Shown one piece after another: positions 63,707 through 64,000 of a stretch of 64,000 bases of DNA. The notes under the pieces were generated by a model. The model was not told the origin of the DNA, did no database searches, and saw only the letters and a list, made by a program, of their open reading frames with translations. Each line of letters begins with the position of its first letter. Position 1 is the first letter of the stretch. Source of the DNA: an uncultured delta proteobacterium (GTDB taxonomy: Bacteria; Myxococcota_A; Polyangia; Polyangiales; Polyangiaceae); NCBI GenBank assembly GCA_963696385.1, contig CAVOKF010000004.1, forward strand, positions 608,001-672,000, written 5' to 3'. Position numbers and translations under genes: made by a program.

Positions 63707-64000
63707 ACAGCACCCCCGAGGCCCAGTCGTTCCCGGCGGTACGCGCCCGACGAAACACTCTCACACCATGCGCGGTTCTCCAGATACCAGCGGATTGTTT
63801 TCCGAATTCCCTGGTCGAACGAGTGGGCTGGTCTCCATCCCAGCGCACGTTCGAGGGCACTCGGATCGACGGCGTAGCGGCGATCATGCCCAGGGCGATC
63901 CGTGACGAACGAGATCAGCTCGGCATAACTGGCGATCGGTTGCGCCCGACGTGAGAGAGTTGAATTGGATGGCGGCGGGACGGCTTCATCGAGGAGCGCG
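63703..64000 (-). CDS. rmlB: dTDP-glucose 4,6-dehydratase, C-terminal part (truncated at window edge)
   Basis: Manual translation: FVTDRPGHDRRYAVD...LGWRPAHSFDQGIRKTIRWYLENRAW; TGA overlaps the rmlA GTG. Confidence 0.92.
   Translation of the reverse strand, partial: ALLDEAVPPPSNSTLSRRAQPIASYAELISFVTDRPGHDRRYAVDPSALERALGWRPAHSFDQGIRKTIRWYLENRAWCESVSSGAYRRERLGLGGAV

Overview
High-GC chromosomal segment, most likely from a myxobacterium (Polyangiales-like). This is inferred from the gene content (eukaryote-like Ser/Thr kinase, FHA and PilZ proteins, many lipoproteins) and a Myxococcus-type LexA box; no database search was run. Most of the window is core genome: recA-sixA, rluA-family, ppk1, ftsK, pepA, ttcA, a complete 16S-tRNAIle-tRNAAla-23S-5S operon, and tRNA-Arg(ACG) next to tadA. 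The last ~9 kb is an AT-richer surface-glycosylation block with two GT-C/YfhO-type membrane transferases, a GT2, a SAM methyltransferase, a B12 radical SAM enzyme, rmlA and part of rmlB. The strongest unexplained signal is a ~170-bp non-coding, highly self-complementary element present twice in opposite orientations (3366-3535 and 23691-23862). It shows compensatory base changes, TAC...GTA arms and repeated GC-GNA-GC mini-hairpins, suggesting an unannotated MITE/REP-like ssDNA element or a structured RNA. Other notable items: an RHH-FHA gene split by a G8 tract, a rifampin-phosphotransferase-like enzyme, a metalloprotease-propeller-Omp85 fusion, and several probably leaderless genes. No CRISPR array, integrase or transposase was seen.
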